A stretch of 49,198 nt of DNA from Perkinsela sp. CCAP 1560/9 (Eukaryota; Protista; Euglenozoa: Kinetoplastea), in the NCBI GenBank assembly GCA_965644495.1, contig CBFFSA010000059.1, positions 1-49,198 on the forward strand, read 5' to 3'. The notes under the pieces were generated by a model. The model had not been told where the DNA came from, ran no database searches, and saw only the letters and a list, made by a program, of their open reading frames with translations. The first letter of the stretch is position 1. Each line of letters starts with the position of its first letter. The translations under genes and the position numbers were made by a program. Positions 37,301 through 46,643 of this stretch are shown here, piece after piece.

Positions 37301-37705
37301 CCGCGGGGCCGGTTCCGACAATAAAGTACGCCTCCAAAGGACGAAACCCCTGCGATCGGCAAAATATGGCAGAATAGTGCCGCTTGGGCGGTGGCCCCCC
37401 CTCTAAGTAGGGGGGGTACAGTATCCGTCAGAATACAACAATCTTTCCGTGAACTGGTGTAATTTACTGCTCGGAAAGGAGCGAACAATTACGCACAAGG
37501 CGTTTGTCGCTTTCCTCGCAATACATGCCACGAGCTGCACATTAGATAGCACTAGAGTCGGTTCTACAGCAACAGTACAGGACCGTGAGTTCCGCATTTT
37601 TGGCACCGACCTCCGAAAGAAAAAAAGAAAGGCTCAGTTCCTGCGTGAAAAGTGGTACCGGCAGCCTTGAAAGTGCCATATCAGCCTTGAGCCGAGCATC
37701 GAAGC

Positions 37706-38453
37706 TCAAAACCGAGTCATCAACATGTATTCTTGAGGTAATTTAGACCAAGCTTTACATACACTTTTTATGATATCTTCCTTATTTGAAGGAGTGTACT
37801 CATCGACAAGCTCTTGCACCATACTCCACACGTTTTCTATGGGGGAAAGATCAGGGGAGTTCGGTGGCCAATTTGGCAATAGTGTCATTTCGGTTTTTTT
37901 CAAGATAAGCCTTAGTTTCTTTGGCTTAGTTCCGTAGAGTCCTGGGTTATTGCTTAACGACAAAACGGATAGCATATCGGGTAGCGTATCGAGTTGGATA
38001 TTTCCTTCCAAACAATTATGGTTGAGTAAAAGCTTTCTCAAATCTTCAGGAAGAGAAGCAAAACCAGACACACCGGTAAAGCAATTGTGCTTTCAAGCTT
38101 CAGAGTTTTGAGACCCTCCGGCATATTCTGCAAATCTAGCGCGCCTGAAAAATTATTATGGCTAGCAATAAAAGCAAAGCAGGACTCGGGCATATCGCTG
38201 AGGTGAAGATTGCCCGTAAATTGATTGCGTTTGATTCGTATAATCTCGAGCGATGGTGGAAGTGCGTCTAATTTAAAAGGACCCACAAACGTGTTATTAC
38301 TGATGTCCAGTCCATTCAGCAACGGTAACGCACTAAGATTTAATGACCCAGACAGCTTATTGTTCTTCAGGTTAAGATGTTTAAGCGTATCAGGCAAGAA
38401 ACGAAGATCGATCTCCCCCGTGAACCCGTTGCACGAAAGATAAAGATCCTTAA
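37706..38453 (-). pseudogene. LRR/Tc1-fusion pseudogene, copy 5 (5'-truncated)
   Basis: Identity to the unit ends at 38453; carries K/P/F/D variants. Confidence 0.85.
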
Positions 38454-39136
38454 AGTTAGTGTGTTGATATAATTTTATGAAATTTATGAAACGCATCTAA
38501 TTGAGTTGGATGAGAGAACAACAAGTTTCCTATAGCCTACCTCCACGGCACCCCATACATGACATTTAGGTGCCCAACGCACTGTTTGTCGCTTTGCGGG
38601 CTTTTTGCCTGGAGTCACCCACATCTTTTTTCTATGATCATTTGTATCGAACAGCTTTTCGTCAGTAAAAACTAAACGAGAGGTGTCCCATTTTAATTCT
38701 TACCATTTTAAAGCAAACAATACCCTTTTCTTTTTCCTCCGTCAGGCCTTGTGACAAAGGCCGTGACCCATACTTGTAGCCTAGGGAACGTATATCTCTA
38801 TTGATGGTGTCAGAAGATACGTTTACACCCTTTCTCTTCAGTTTTCCACGAATCTTGCGAGAAGACCCATTTATGAGACCCCCGCTTGATCCAAAGGCTC
38901 AAGAGCATTTTAACAAGATTTCTCCTTTTTTTCATCCTCTTTTTTACTTCAGGGCTTTCAGTATAAATATTTTCCAGCGAATCATTTTTCATATATTTTC
39001 TAATATGTTTTACATTAACATTAAACTCGCGAGCTAGTTGTTTCTTTGCAACCCCCTGACCATACCTCATGCGCAATAACACTATTCCACTTTCTGTAAG
39101 ACCACCCCTCGGGTGTCGATATGTATTTTTTGGCAT
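38454..39136 (-). pseudogene. Degenerate Tc1-like transposase (HTH plus first catalytic Asp), truncated at the array end
   Basis: HTH ORF 38810..39136 (KKQLAREFNVNVKHIRKY); a downstream frame reads LVFTDEKLFD...KCHVWGAV. Confidence 0.75.
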
Positions 39137-39397
39137 GATAAGGTAAAAAAAATCAAAAAAAAAAAATAATTTTATCTTTTTGTTTTTCCAAGAGACCTAA
39201 AAACGGCGGGAACGTACAGATCTCAAACTTTTATAAGAAAAAGTGGTAGGATAAACCCCCTAGCCCCCCTCGTGCGAAAAATAAGGGGGGGGTGCCTTTT
39301 TGATGCGGAGGGGTTCAGTTACAAAAGTGCGTCTCAGAATTATAATCTCATTAAATTTCTACAAACAATCCCTTTAATCATTTTTGGAGGTTTATAG

Positions 39398-40487
39398 TAT
39401 TAATGAGAGGGGGGGTAGTAATTGTAAAACATTCACCGAAAAAAACATTCTCCCAACAATAATTTATTCCTATGAAAAGGGTGATGAAGAAAAGGTTGCA
39501 GGGGGAATATGCAAGAGCAAAGCGACCAATACATGAGCATGGCCGCCGTTCAAACGTTTGTATTACCAATTCTCTGAATATGAGAATATGTAATTACTAT
39601 TTCGAAAAGACATATAATACACAAATTAACACTATATTATTCAATAATAACACAATATTATTTAAATCGGGCCGTCTAATTCTATAATATTTAGTTCCCA
39701 ATTTGAGTGATATCCTACCGCAAAATTAAAACTATTTCTTTGTCAAGTATTTTTTGTATGCTGAGTTTTGTCGTGCCTATTTCCCATTATAGAGATCACT
39801 TTACCTTAGTCCACATGTTCCACAAAGACGCGGGCTCGGTCTGTAGCGTGTCATCTCACCATTGCTTGCCGTAATCTTTGTTCGCGCTACAGTATAATAC
39901 AGATTTTTTATCTCGTCTCTGATGTTTAGGAAGCCTTCAAGTTCTGCATTAAAAGCTAAAATTATGTCGCACAAGTTTTCGTGCACGAAATCGAATTCAA
40001 CATGACCAGAAAATTTATTGTCAGACATATTAAGATAGACTAGAAAGGGTGGCAGGTGACGAAAATCTGGAGTGCCCGTGAACTGATTGAAGGATATGTT
40101 AATGTCTTTCAATTTCGGAGGCAACTGATCAAAGGGAAACTCGCCCGATAGAGAATTGAACGTTAGCCGTAAAATTTCCAATTCGTACGGCAAATATTTT
40201 ACGTTGAACTGGCCTTGTAGTTTCTCGCTAGAGCCCATCATGTGACCCCAGGTTATCCAAATCACGTCGCCCTTGTCGTTACATCTGACTCGATCCCATC
40301 TACATCCCGGGGTATCGGTGGACCATGACGGTGGAGGGTTTTCTACGAGTCTCATCAAATCGTACTCCACGGGTAACGACACGGCACTGACTTTAGATGG
40401 ACGAGATGTTCCAGTCACATTAGAACTACTCGTTGAAAGTGTCGTGTCGGATGAGTTCGTTTCTCTCCTGGCTTTCTTTCTTAACGG
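39398..40487 (+). repeat. Segmental duplication, copy B, ending at the bacterial junction
   Basis: Identity with copy A stops after TTCTTAACGG at 40487. Confidence 0.92.
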
Positions 40488-40496
40488 TAATGTCAT
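39801..40496 (-). CDS. LRR protein paralog B; native start lost, in-frame ATG supplied by pckA sequence
   Basis: Paralog A reads MIVSMLSADVTEPLRKK; paralog B reads MTL-PLRKK. Confidence 0.7.
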   Translation of the reverse strand: MTLPLRKKARRETNSSDTTLSTSSSNVTGTSRPSKVSAVSLPVEYDLMRLVENPPPSWSTDTPGCRWDRVRCNDKGDVIWITWGHMMGSSEKLQGQFNVKYLPYELEILRLTFNSLSGEFPFDQLPPKLKDINISFNQFTGTPDFRHLPPFLVYLNMSDNKFSGHVEFDFVHENLCDIILAFNAELEGFLNIRDEIKNLYYTVARTKITASNGEMTRYRPSPRLCGTCGLR

Positions 40497-41118
40497 GTTG
40501 TGGCAACATGAAGTTTAATACAGTAAACATCGCTTTTTTCATTTCACCCGCATAATAGGTACCCGTCACTAATACACGACGCTGACTAAAATTTAAAATG
40601 ACGGCGGCATCACCATTCACACCATGACGAGCAGGATCCGGAGTAAACCCAGGGGCACTTAGAATTTGCCAACGCGGTTGCTTAAATTTCACATCTTTTT
40701 CAGGGTGAATAAATAAATTATTAACAAATAAATTTTGCCACGCTAATTGGTTATACACAGTTACCGGTATCGCATGTTGTAAATCGGCACCGACTTGTAA
40801 ATCAGCAACAAATACATCACGTTGTTGCAAAAAGGCTTTGGCTTCATTCCACAACACAGTAAACGCATCACTGGTTATCGGTTGATTGACTGCCCCCCAA
40901 TCAACACTGGTTTCCGTGATCTCATCTTTGACAATAAACCTGTCTTTTGGTGAACGCCCAGTACGTTTACCAGTATTGACGGTTAACGCACGGTTTGCAG
41001 CTAATTCACCTTCATTACGCGCTAAGGCATGTTCAATCAGTTCAGCAGGGGTTAAGTTACGATACAATTGCCCAGTTGTTGTGGCTAACTCGTTATCGAT
41101 ATCAATCGTACTACTCAT
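40488..41118 (-). pseudogene. pckA: Phosphoenolpyruvate carboxykinase (ATP), 5' ~210 codons only
   Basis: TGKRTGRSPKDRFIV and YAGEMKK motifs; SD GAGG. Sequence breaks just before the expected MHCSAN motif. Confidence 0.93.
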
Positions 41119-41362
41119 ACGTTAAGTCCTCTTCACCCGTCTTTGGTTATGCATTGATATTGACCAATAATTGGCCTCTCGCTAGTTTGCTGGCCATTAT
41201 GACAAGAAATGCTGATGGTTGCGAGCGTGATGATGACTGACCTGTTTTGGTATAAATTTCATCAAGTTGTTCAAGTCGTTAAGGATGCACTGATACAGAT
41301 AATATGGCACTATCAAAAGAGTTATAGACATAGTAAATCGTTGCTACCACAGGAAATAACCA

Positions 41363-41797
41363 ATGTCACCATCACCCTATTTCAACGATATGCTGAACGC
41401 TGCACACGCTACACTACAACATGCTTATGCACCGTATTCACATTTATTAGTGGGCACCTGTTTTCGTGCTGAAGATAATACCTTGTATAGCGGTTGCAAT
41501 GTTGAAAATGCATCATATGGATTAACATTGTGTGCCGAGAATGTTGCATTAGGTAAACTCATCAGTACTGGTAAACGGCGTATTGTCGAAGTCGTATTGG
41601 TTAGCTCTGGCAACACAGTTTGTCCACCCTGTGGGCGTTGTCGTCAATTGATCCGTGAATTTGCTGACGATGATGTTAACATTCATCTAGTCACAGGTGA
41701 TATGGATTCACCAACGATTATAACTTACACCATTAACACATTACTGCCTGCTGCATTTGGTCCAGCACAGCTAGTCACAAAACAAGGTAATACATAA
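41363..41797 (+). CDS. cdd: Cytidine deaminase (homotetrameric type)
   Basis: YAPYS, NVENASYGLTLCAE and PCGRCRQ motifs. Confidence 0.95.
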   Translation: MSPSPYFNDMLNAAHATLQHAYAPYSHLLVGTCFRAEDNTLYSGCNVENASYGLTLCAENVALGKLISTGKRRIVEVVLVSSGNTVCPPCGRCRQLIREFADDDVNIHLVTGDMDSPTIITYTINTLLPAAFGPAQLVTKQGNT

Positions 41798-41798
41798 T

Positions 41799-42630
41799 AT
41801 GCAACACGTAGAAACCCACCCACAACATGCTGTTGATGTCATTCGTGCAGCAGGTTATCACGCTACACCGCAAATCGGTTTAATCACGGGCTCTGGTTTA
41901 AATAAGTTAGCCGACTGCATCAATAACAAATTGGTGGTGTCATATGCTGATTTACCTGGCTTCAGTCAAAGCAGCGTACAAGGGCACGGTAGTCAATTAG
42001 TACTAGGCGACATTGCTGGTGTACCCGTTGCATGTTTACAAGGACGCGTTCATGTTTACGAAGGCATGCCTTTCTCAGCAATGAAACAAATGATACGTAC
42101 ATTAAAATTATTAGGTTGTCACAGTGTCGTATTAACTAATGCAGCGGGTTCATTACGTAAAAAAGTAAAGCCGGGTGAGCTGATGTTGATCACTGATCAT
42201 ATTAATATGCAACCGGGTAATCCATTAATTGGTGCTAATGACGATGAATTTGGGCCACGCTTTTTTTTCAATGGATACTGCTTATGATCTCGAACATCGC
42301 AATTACTTATTACACGCTGCTAAACACTTAAAAATCCGTTTAGCACAAGGGGTATACCTTGCAACAAGCGGTCCTGGGTTTGAAACACCTGCTGAAATTC
42401 ATGGGTTTCGTACGATGGGGGCCGATGCTGTTGGGATGTCAACCGTACCTGAAGTACTCATTGCACGTCATTGCGGTTTGAGAGTCGCTGCTATTTCAAC
42501 CATTACTAACTTTGCTGCAGGAATGAGTAATGAATTGTTAACCCATGATGGTACATTGCATTTTGCCAGTATCGGGGTCGAAAAATTACTGTCTTTACTT
42601 GTTCAATTCATTGGAATGCACGCTACATGA
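41799..42630 (+). pseudogene. Purine nucleoside phosphorylase (PunA/XapA family), +1 frameshift in T8 run at 42261-42268
   Basis: GSGL, QGRVHVYEG, TNAAG, GPGFETPAE and VGMSTVPE motifs. T7 would give RFFSMD. May be a sequencing error. Confidence 0.85.
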
Positions 42631-43370
42631 ATCGACATAAACAAATTGCCAGACAAGTATTACCGTTAATCGATTTAACCAGTTTAAACGATACGGATAC
42701 TGAAGAAGATATTATTGCATTATGTAATAAAGCATCTGGAAAGCAAGGGCATGTGGCTGCTGTGTGTATTTACCCACAATTTGTCAAAACTGCAATTCGT
42801 TGTTTACGCCTCACCGGCATACCGGTAGCAACCGTGGTTAATTTTCCCAATGGCAATGATCCGATAGACACTACTTGCCAACACATTCAGCAAGCTATCC
42901 GTAATGGCGCCACTGAAATTGACGTGGTTATGCCATATCATCGCTATCTAGCCAATCATGTTGATGACGTGCGCGAATTTATTCGTACGTGTAAAATAAC
43001 GTGTGGTAAGCAAACGATATTAAAAGTCATTTTAGAAACCGGTGCGTTACTGGATCCCAGTTTAATTGAACGTGCCGCACTGGATGTGATCGATGCAGGC
43101 GCTGATTTTATCAAGACATCTACTGGCAAAATCAGCATCGGTGCAACCGTTTCTGCAACTCAAGCAATGTGTCAAGCCATTCAAAAAACACATCAACACA
43201 GTGGACGTAACATTGGTTTTAAAGCATCTGGTGGTATTCGTTTTCTTGCACAAACGCTACCATTTTTGGCGACTATTGAAGAAATATTAGGTGAACAATG
43301 GCTGCATCCTAATACGTGTCGTTTCGGGGCAAGTTCACTGCTCGATGATGTGCTAGCACAGTTGCGCTAA
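42627..43370 (+). CDS. deoC: Deoxyribose-phosphate aldolase
   Basis: IDLTSL, ATVVNFP, LKVILETG, FIKTSTGK, FKASGGIR and RFGASSLL motifs. Confidence 0.97.
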   Translation: MNRHKQIARQVLPLIDLTSLNDTDTEEDIIALCNKASGKQGHVAAVCIYPQFVKTAIRCLRLTGIPVATVVNFPNGNDPIDTTCQHIQQAIRNGATEIDVVMPYHRYLANHVDDVREFIRTCKITCGKQTILKVILETGALLDPSLIERAALDVIDAGADFIKTSTGKISIGATVSATQAMCQAIQKTHQHSGRNIGFKASGGIRFLAQTLPFLATIEEILGEQWLHPNTCRFGASSLLDDVLAQLR

Positions 43371-44260
43371 TGCTGACTCAATTGATCCAGCGTTAACGTA
43401 ATCAGCCGTTCCATAGATGTTGCCGTATTACGACTAAATTCACCGGTGACTCGATTAGCCACGACTGTTGATAATGACAAACAACGATGGCTTAATGCGT
43501 TGCCTAAACCATACAAAGCGGCTGTTTCCATTTCAAAGTTCACGATTCTTTCAACAGAGTCACCTCGATTAACGCAAAACTGCTGGATTAACTCTAAAAA
43601 GTCAGTCATTTGCGGTTTTAAACGAATGTGTCTGCCTTGGGGACCATAAAATCCTGCGCACGTTGCTGTTAACCCAACATGGCAATGGTTAGCAAATAGA
43701 TTAACTAATTCCGGATCAGCATCACAAGCATACGGTAATAATCGTTGATTAGCGTACTGCTGACAATGCTGACTAATGGCATCGGCAAGGCGCTGTTCAG
43801 GTTCTGTGTAAGTGACATCATAATAATGCAGTAATCCATCAAAACCAATACCGCCACTGGATGCAACAATATCATCGGTAGCGATATCTGCTTGCAAACC
43901 ACCGCACGTGCCAACACGTACTAATACTAATGGAGTTAACGTTGATTTGATGCTCCGTTTACCAACATCAACATTAAATAAGGCATCGATTTCATTGACG
44001 ACAATATCGATATTATCAGTGCCAATGCCTGTTGATATCACTGATAATCGCTGTCCTTTATAGTAACCAGTATGGGTAATGAATTCACGCTTTTGTCGAG
44101 TCAGTTCGATACGATCAAACTGACGCGATACTTGAGCAACTCGATCTGGATCACCGACCAGTATAATACGCTCAGCTAATTCACCCGGACAGAGCGCTAG
44201 ATGATAAATACTACCATCTTGATTAATGATTAACTCGGCATTGGTTAACTTATCATTCAT
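43367..44260 (-). CDS. Nucleoside (uridine) phosphorylase, PNP_UDP_1 family
   Basis: DGSIYHL, VGDPDRV, REF.THTG, STGIG, RVGTCGGLQ, GFYGPQGR and NFEMET motifs; start MNDK with SD. Confidence 0.9.
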   Translation of the reverse strand: MNDKLTNAELIINQDGSIYHLALCPGELAERIILVGDPDRVAQVSRQFDRIELTRQKREFITHTGYYKGQRLSVISTGIGTDNIDIVVNEIDALFNVDVGKRSIKSTLTPLVLVRVGTCGGLQADIATDDIVASSGGIGFDGLLHYYDVTYTEPEQRLADAISQHCQQYANQRLLPYACDADPELVNLFANHCHVGLTATCAGFYGPQGRHIRLKPQMTDFLELIQQFCVNRGDSVERIVNFEMETAALYGLGNALSHRCLSLSTVVANRVTGEFSRNTATSMERLITLTLDQLSQH

Positions 44261-44314
44261 TATTGCCCTCTTTAATATTGCATACACAAGGATTATACAG
44301 ATAATATTGACTAT

Positions 44315-45106
44315 ATGAAGATAGATGAAATCCACAAACACTGTATTGTCTGTTATGATGATCAAACCCAGCAAACACTTGCTAGCAAGTTGGCTGCGAC
44401 ACTCATGTTAGCGTGTGATAGTTACCATCATTCATCACATCAACACTATGCCTACGTATTATATTACAAAGCACAGCAACTGTTTTTATTATGTCAACAA
44501 CAACCTGCTTTCAAACCATTTACTGTTGATTTTACCCAAGGACAATTAGCTTATCGATTACGCCAAGAAACCAGTATACGTCAACCAATAGCACGAGCCA
44601 TTGGTATTAAACCAAAGATACGCCCAACTGTACTCGATATCAGTGCGGGATTTGGTCAAGATGCTAGCATCTTAGCTAATTTAGGCTGCACAGTAATATT
44701 GTTAGAGCGTCACCCTATTGTATGGGCATTGTTACATGATGGTTTGACTCGAGCAAAGAATGCTGGATGTCTATGGGCAACACACATCACTCTGCATCGA
44801 CAAGCAGCACAATTGTATTGTGATCAAATAATCATGTCTAATCGATTGTACCCTGATGTTATTTATTATGATCCGATGTTTCCACCAACCAATAATACGG
44901 CTAATGTACAAAAGCCAATGCAAATTTTACAAGCGTTAGTTGAACACGAAGACACTGATATTAGATTATTTAATACCGCTAAGCAGCTTGCTGCAAAACG
45001 ACTGGTGGTAAAGCGACCTAATTACGCAGTACCGTTATTTGATATGACGCCATCGCTACAAATTAAAATGGTTAAACACCGTTTTGATGTGTATTTATGT
45101 ACTTAA
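44315..45106 (+). CDS. rsmJ: 16S rRNA m2G1516 methyltransferase
   Basis: VDF..G.LAYR, VLD..AGFGQD, ERHP, DVIYYDPMFP, RLVVKRP and RFDVY motifs. Confidence 0.9.
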   Translation: MKIDEIHKHCIVCYDDQTQQTLASKLAATLMLACDSYHHSSHQHYAYVLYYKAQQLFLLCQQQPAFKPFTVDFTQGQLAYRLRQETSIRQPIARAIGIKPKIRPTVLDISAGFGQDASILANLGCTVILLERHPIVWALLHDGLTRAKNAGCLWATHITLHRQAAQLYCDQIIMSNRLYPDVIYYDPMFPPTNNTANVQKPMQILQALVEHEDTDIRLFNTAKQLAAKRLVVKRPNYAVPLFDMTPSLQIKMVKHRFDVYLCT

Positions 45107-45120
45107 AAATAAAGCATAAG

Positions 45121-45747
45121 TTACTGACTTTGTGTTAACACAAAACGTCGATAATAATCTAAATCCGTTGCATGTTTACCAAACCCAATAATCGTCACAT
45201 TATTTTTTGCTCGTTCAAGTGTGGTATGTTGACTAGCAAGTGGATAATGACTGCCTAATGCTAAAACTAAAACAGGTATCTTTTCTAGTCTACGCTGCTT
45301 TTGTAAGTATTTAGCAACCGCATTTGCTTGATGACTCGTTACCGTAAATTGTGTGTTCGTAAAACCAATATCTGCCATATGGCCAATTACTGTAATTTGT
45401 TTTGCATTGCAAGCTAATGTAGCAACTGTAGTTAATATAGCCTTTGCACTTGCAACGAATTCAGCAGTAGTAGGCTTAAATAAATAATGATTAGGAATAA
45501 TGATTATTTTACTGTCATCAGACTCAATGACACTAATACCACGCTTGGCAAGCAACTGGTTTATCTGATTACGATTACTAATAGAGGTTGGAATAGTACA
45601 TTGATCACTATTACACGTTGCCGGTGGCGCTAATGCTACTGGTGTTGCGCCATCAGTTACCTGAGCCTGTTCAGACACACAACCTAATACTAGTGATACA
45701 AGCCCTAATATACACAAGCGAGTTATCATTCTATTGGTAATAAACAT
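45121..45747 (-). CDS. OmpA-like C-terminal-domain lipoprotein
   Basis: Lipobox LVLGC; degenerate OmpA_C fold pattern (ITVIGH...QANAVAKYL...G..YPLA). Confidence 0.7.
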   Translation of the reverse strand: MFITNRMITRLCILGLVSLVLGCVSEQAQVTDGATPVALAPPATCNSDQCTIPTSISNRNQINQLLAKRGISVIESDDSKIIIIPNHYLFKPTTAEFVASAKAILTTVATLACNAKQITVIGHMADIGFTNTQFTVTSHQANAVAKYLQKQRRLEKIPVLVLALGSHYPLASQHTTLERAKNNVTIIGFGKHATDLDYYRRFVLTQSQ

Positions 45748-45785
45748 ACAATCATTAACCTAAATTCAAAATGTGAACAGCATAA

Positions 45786-46307
45786 TTAAAATTTCATATC
45801 GCTTATTAATCTACTAACATATAAATCACGTTCGCCACTTTGCGGTACCGTTAATATATCTAAATAACTCTGCAAACTATCCATAGCACCATTGCGTTTT
45901 TCATTCTCAGTTATATCAGACTGACTCGGATAGAAAATATGATCGGCTAATAATCGTTGCTCTTCCTTTTCTGCATGGATTTCATCTTGTAATATCGCTT
46001 TGATTAAGCCTTGATAACCTGCCTGGTTTGTCTTGCGAGGAAAGATTTCACGTAATTGTCGTAATAATGTTGTGATATTAGTATGCCAGGTAAATAGTAA
46101 TTCATTAGCTTTCAATAATTCCCAGCGAGTTAATTTACCTTGGCCACTGTAAGCAAACCAACAACAAAAAAGAATAATGTTAATGTTAACACTGTATTTT
46201 TCTTGCAGTGCAAGTAATTGTGTTTTTATATCTGCGCGTCGATATATTGTCAGAGAATATTTGCAAAACGCAGTAGCACGTTTACTAAGCTCCATTGATG
46301 CTGGCAT
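45786..46307 (-). CDS. TIGR02444/DUF2390 family protein
   Basis: YSL.IY....IK..LL.LQ....VNIN.ILFCCW and E..AEK.EQ..L motifs; SD AGGAG. Confidence 0.75.
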   Translation of the reverse strand: MPASMELSKRATAFCKYSLTIYRRADIKTQLLALQEKYSVNINIILFCCWFAYSGQGKLTRWELLKANELLFTWHTNITTLLRQLREIFPRKTNQAGYQGLIKAILQDEIHAEKEEQRLLADHIFYPSQSDITENEKRNGAMDSLQSYLDILTVPQSGERDLYVSRLISDMKF

Positions 46308-46397
46308 TATTTTATCTCCTGTGTGATCTATGATCAGTTCCGACAACACTACAAATATGCATGATTACACTTGATTTAGCAAGTTGTTAAAAGAGAC

Positions 46398-46568
46398 CGT
46401 TATTCTGGAGAGTATGCAACGTAGGCAAGCCCAGAATTTAGCCTCTCTGTTTTTTCAAGTATCATGAAAACTGGATTCTGGATCCTTGACTACTCAAGGA
46501 CAAGCTCGCATCCCTGGATAATCTCCGATTTCCAGGGCAAGGTTTTATACATGCTCTCCAGAATGACG
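46398..46568. repeat. ~170-bp intergenic palindromic (REP/RPE-like) element
   Basis: CGTTATTCTGGAGAGTATG ... CATGCTCTCCAGAATGACG imperfect inverted ends with inner hairpins. Confidence 0.6.
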
Positions 46569-46643
46569 AATGCGTGGAAATAATAAAACTTGAGGAACAA
46601 GTTAACTTTACGTATCTGAGCCTCGGTAATTACACTATATTAT

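Larger units (their letters stand above)
14417..38453 (+). repeat. Tandem array of a ~5.22-kb unit, 4.6 copies
   Basis: Units start at GTATCCATGG: 14417, 19651, 24870, 30092, 35311 (lengths 5234, 5219, 5222, 5219). The last copy is cut at 38453. Confidence 0.98.

Noticed and set aside
14417-38453. CRISPR array or bacterial IS-bounded amplification
   Set aside because: The unit is 5.2 kb with no short repeat-spacer structure, no cas genes and no IS at the unit boundaries.
12314-40487. 1.09-kb direct repeats as LTRs of one giant element
   Set aside because: The repeats contain LRR coding sequence, lack TG...CA ends, PBS and PPT, and no gag/pol is present. Segmental duplication fits better.
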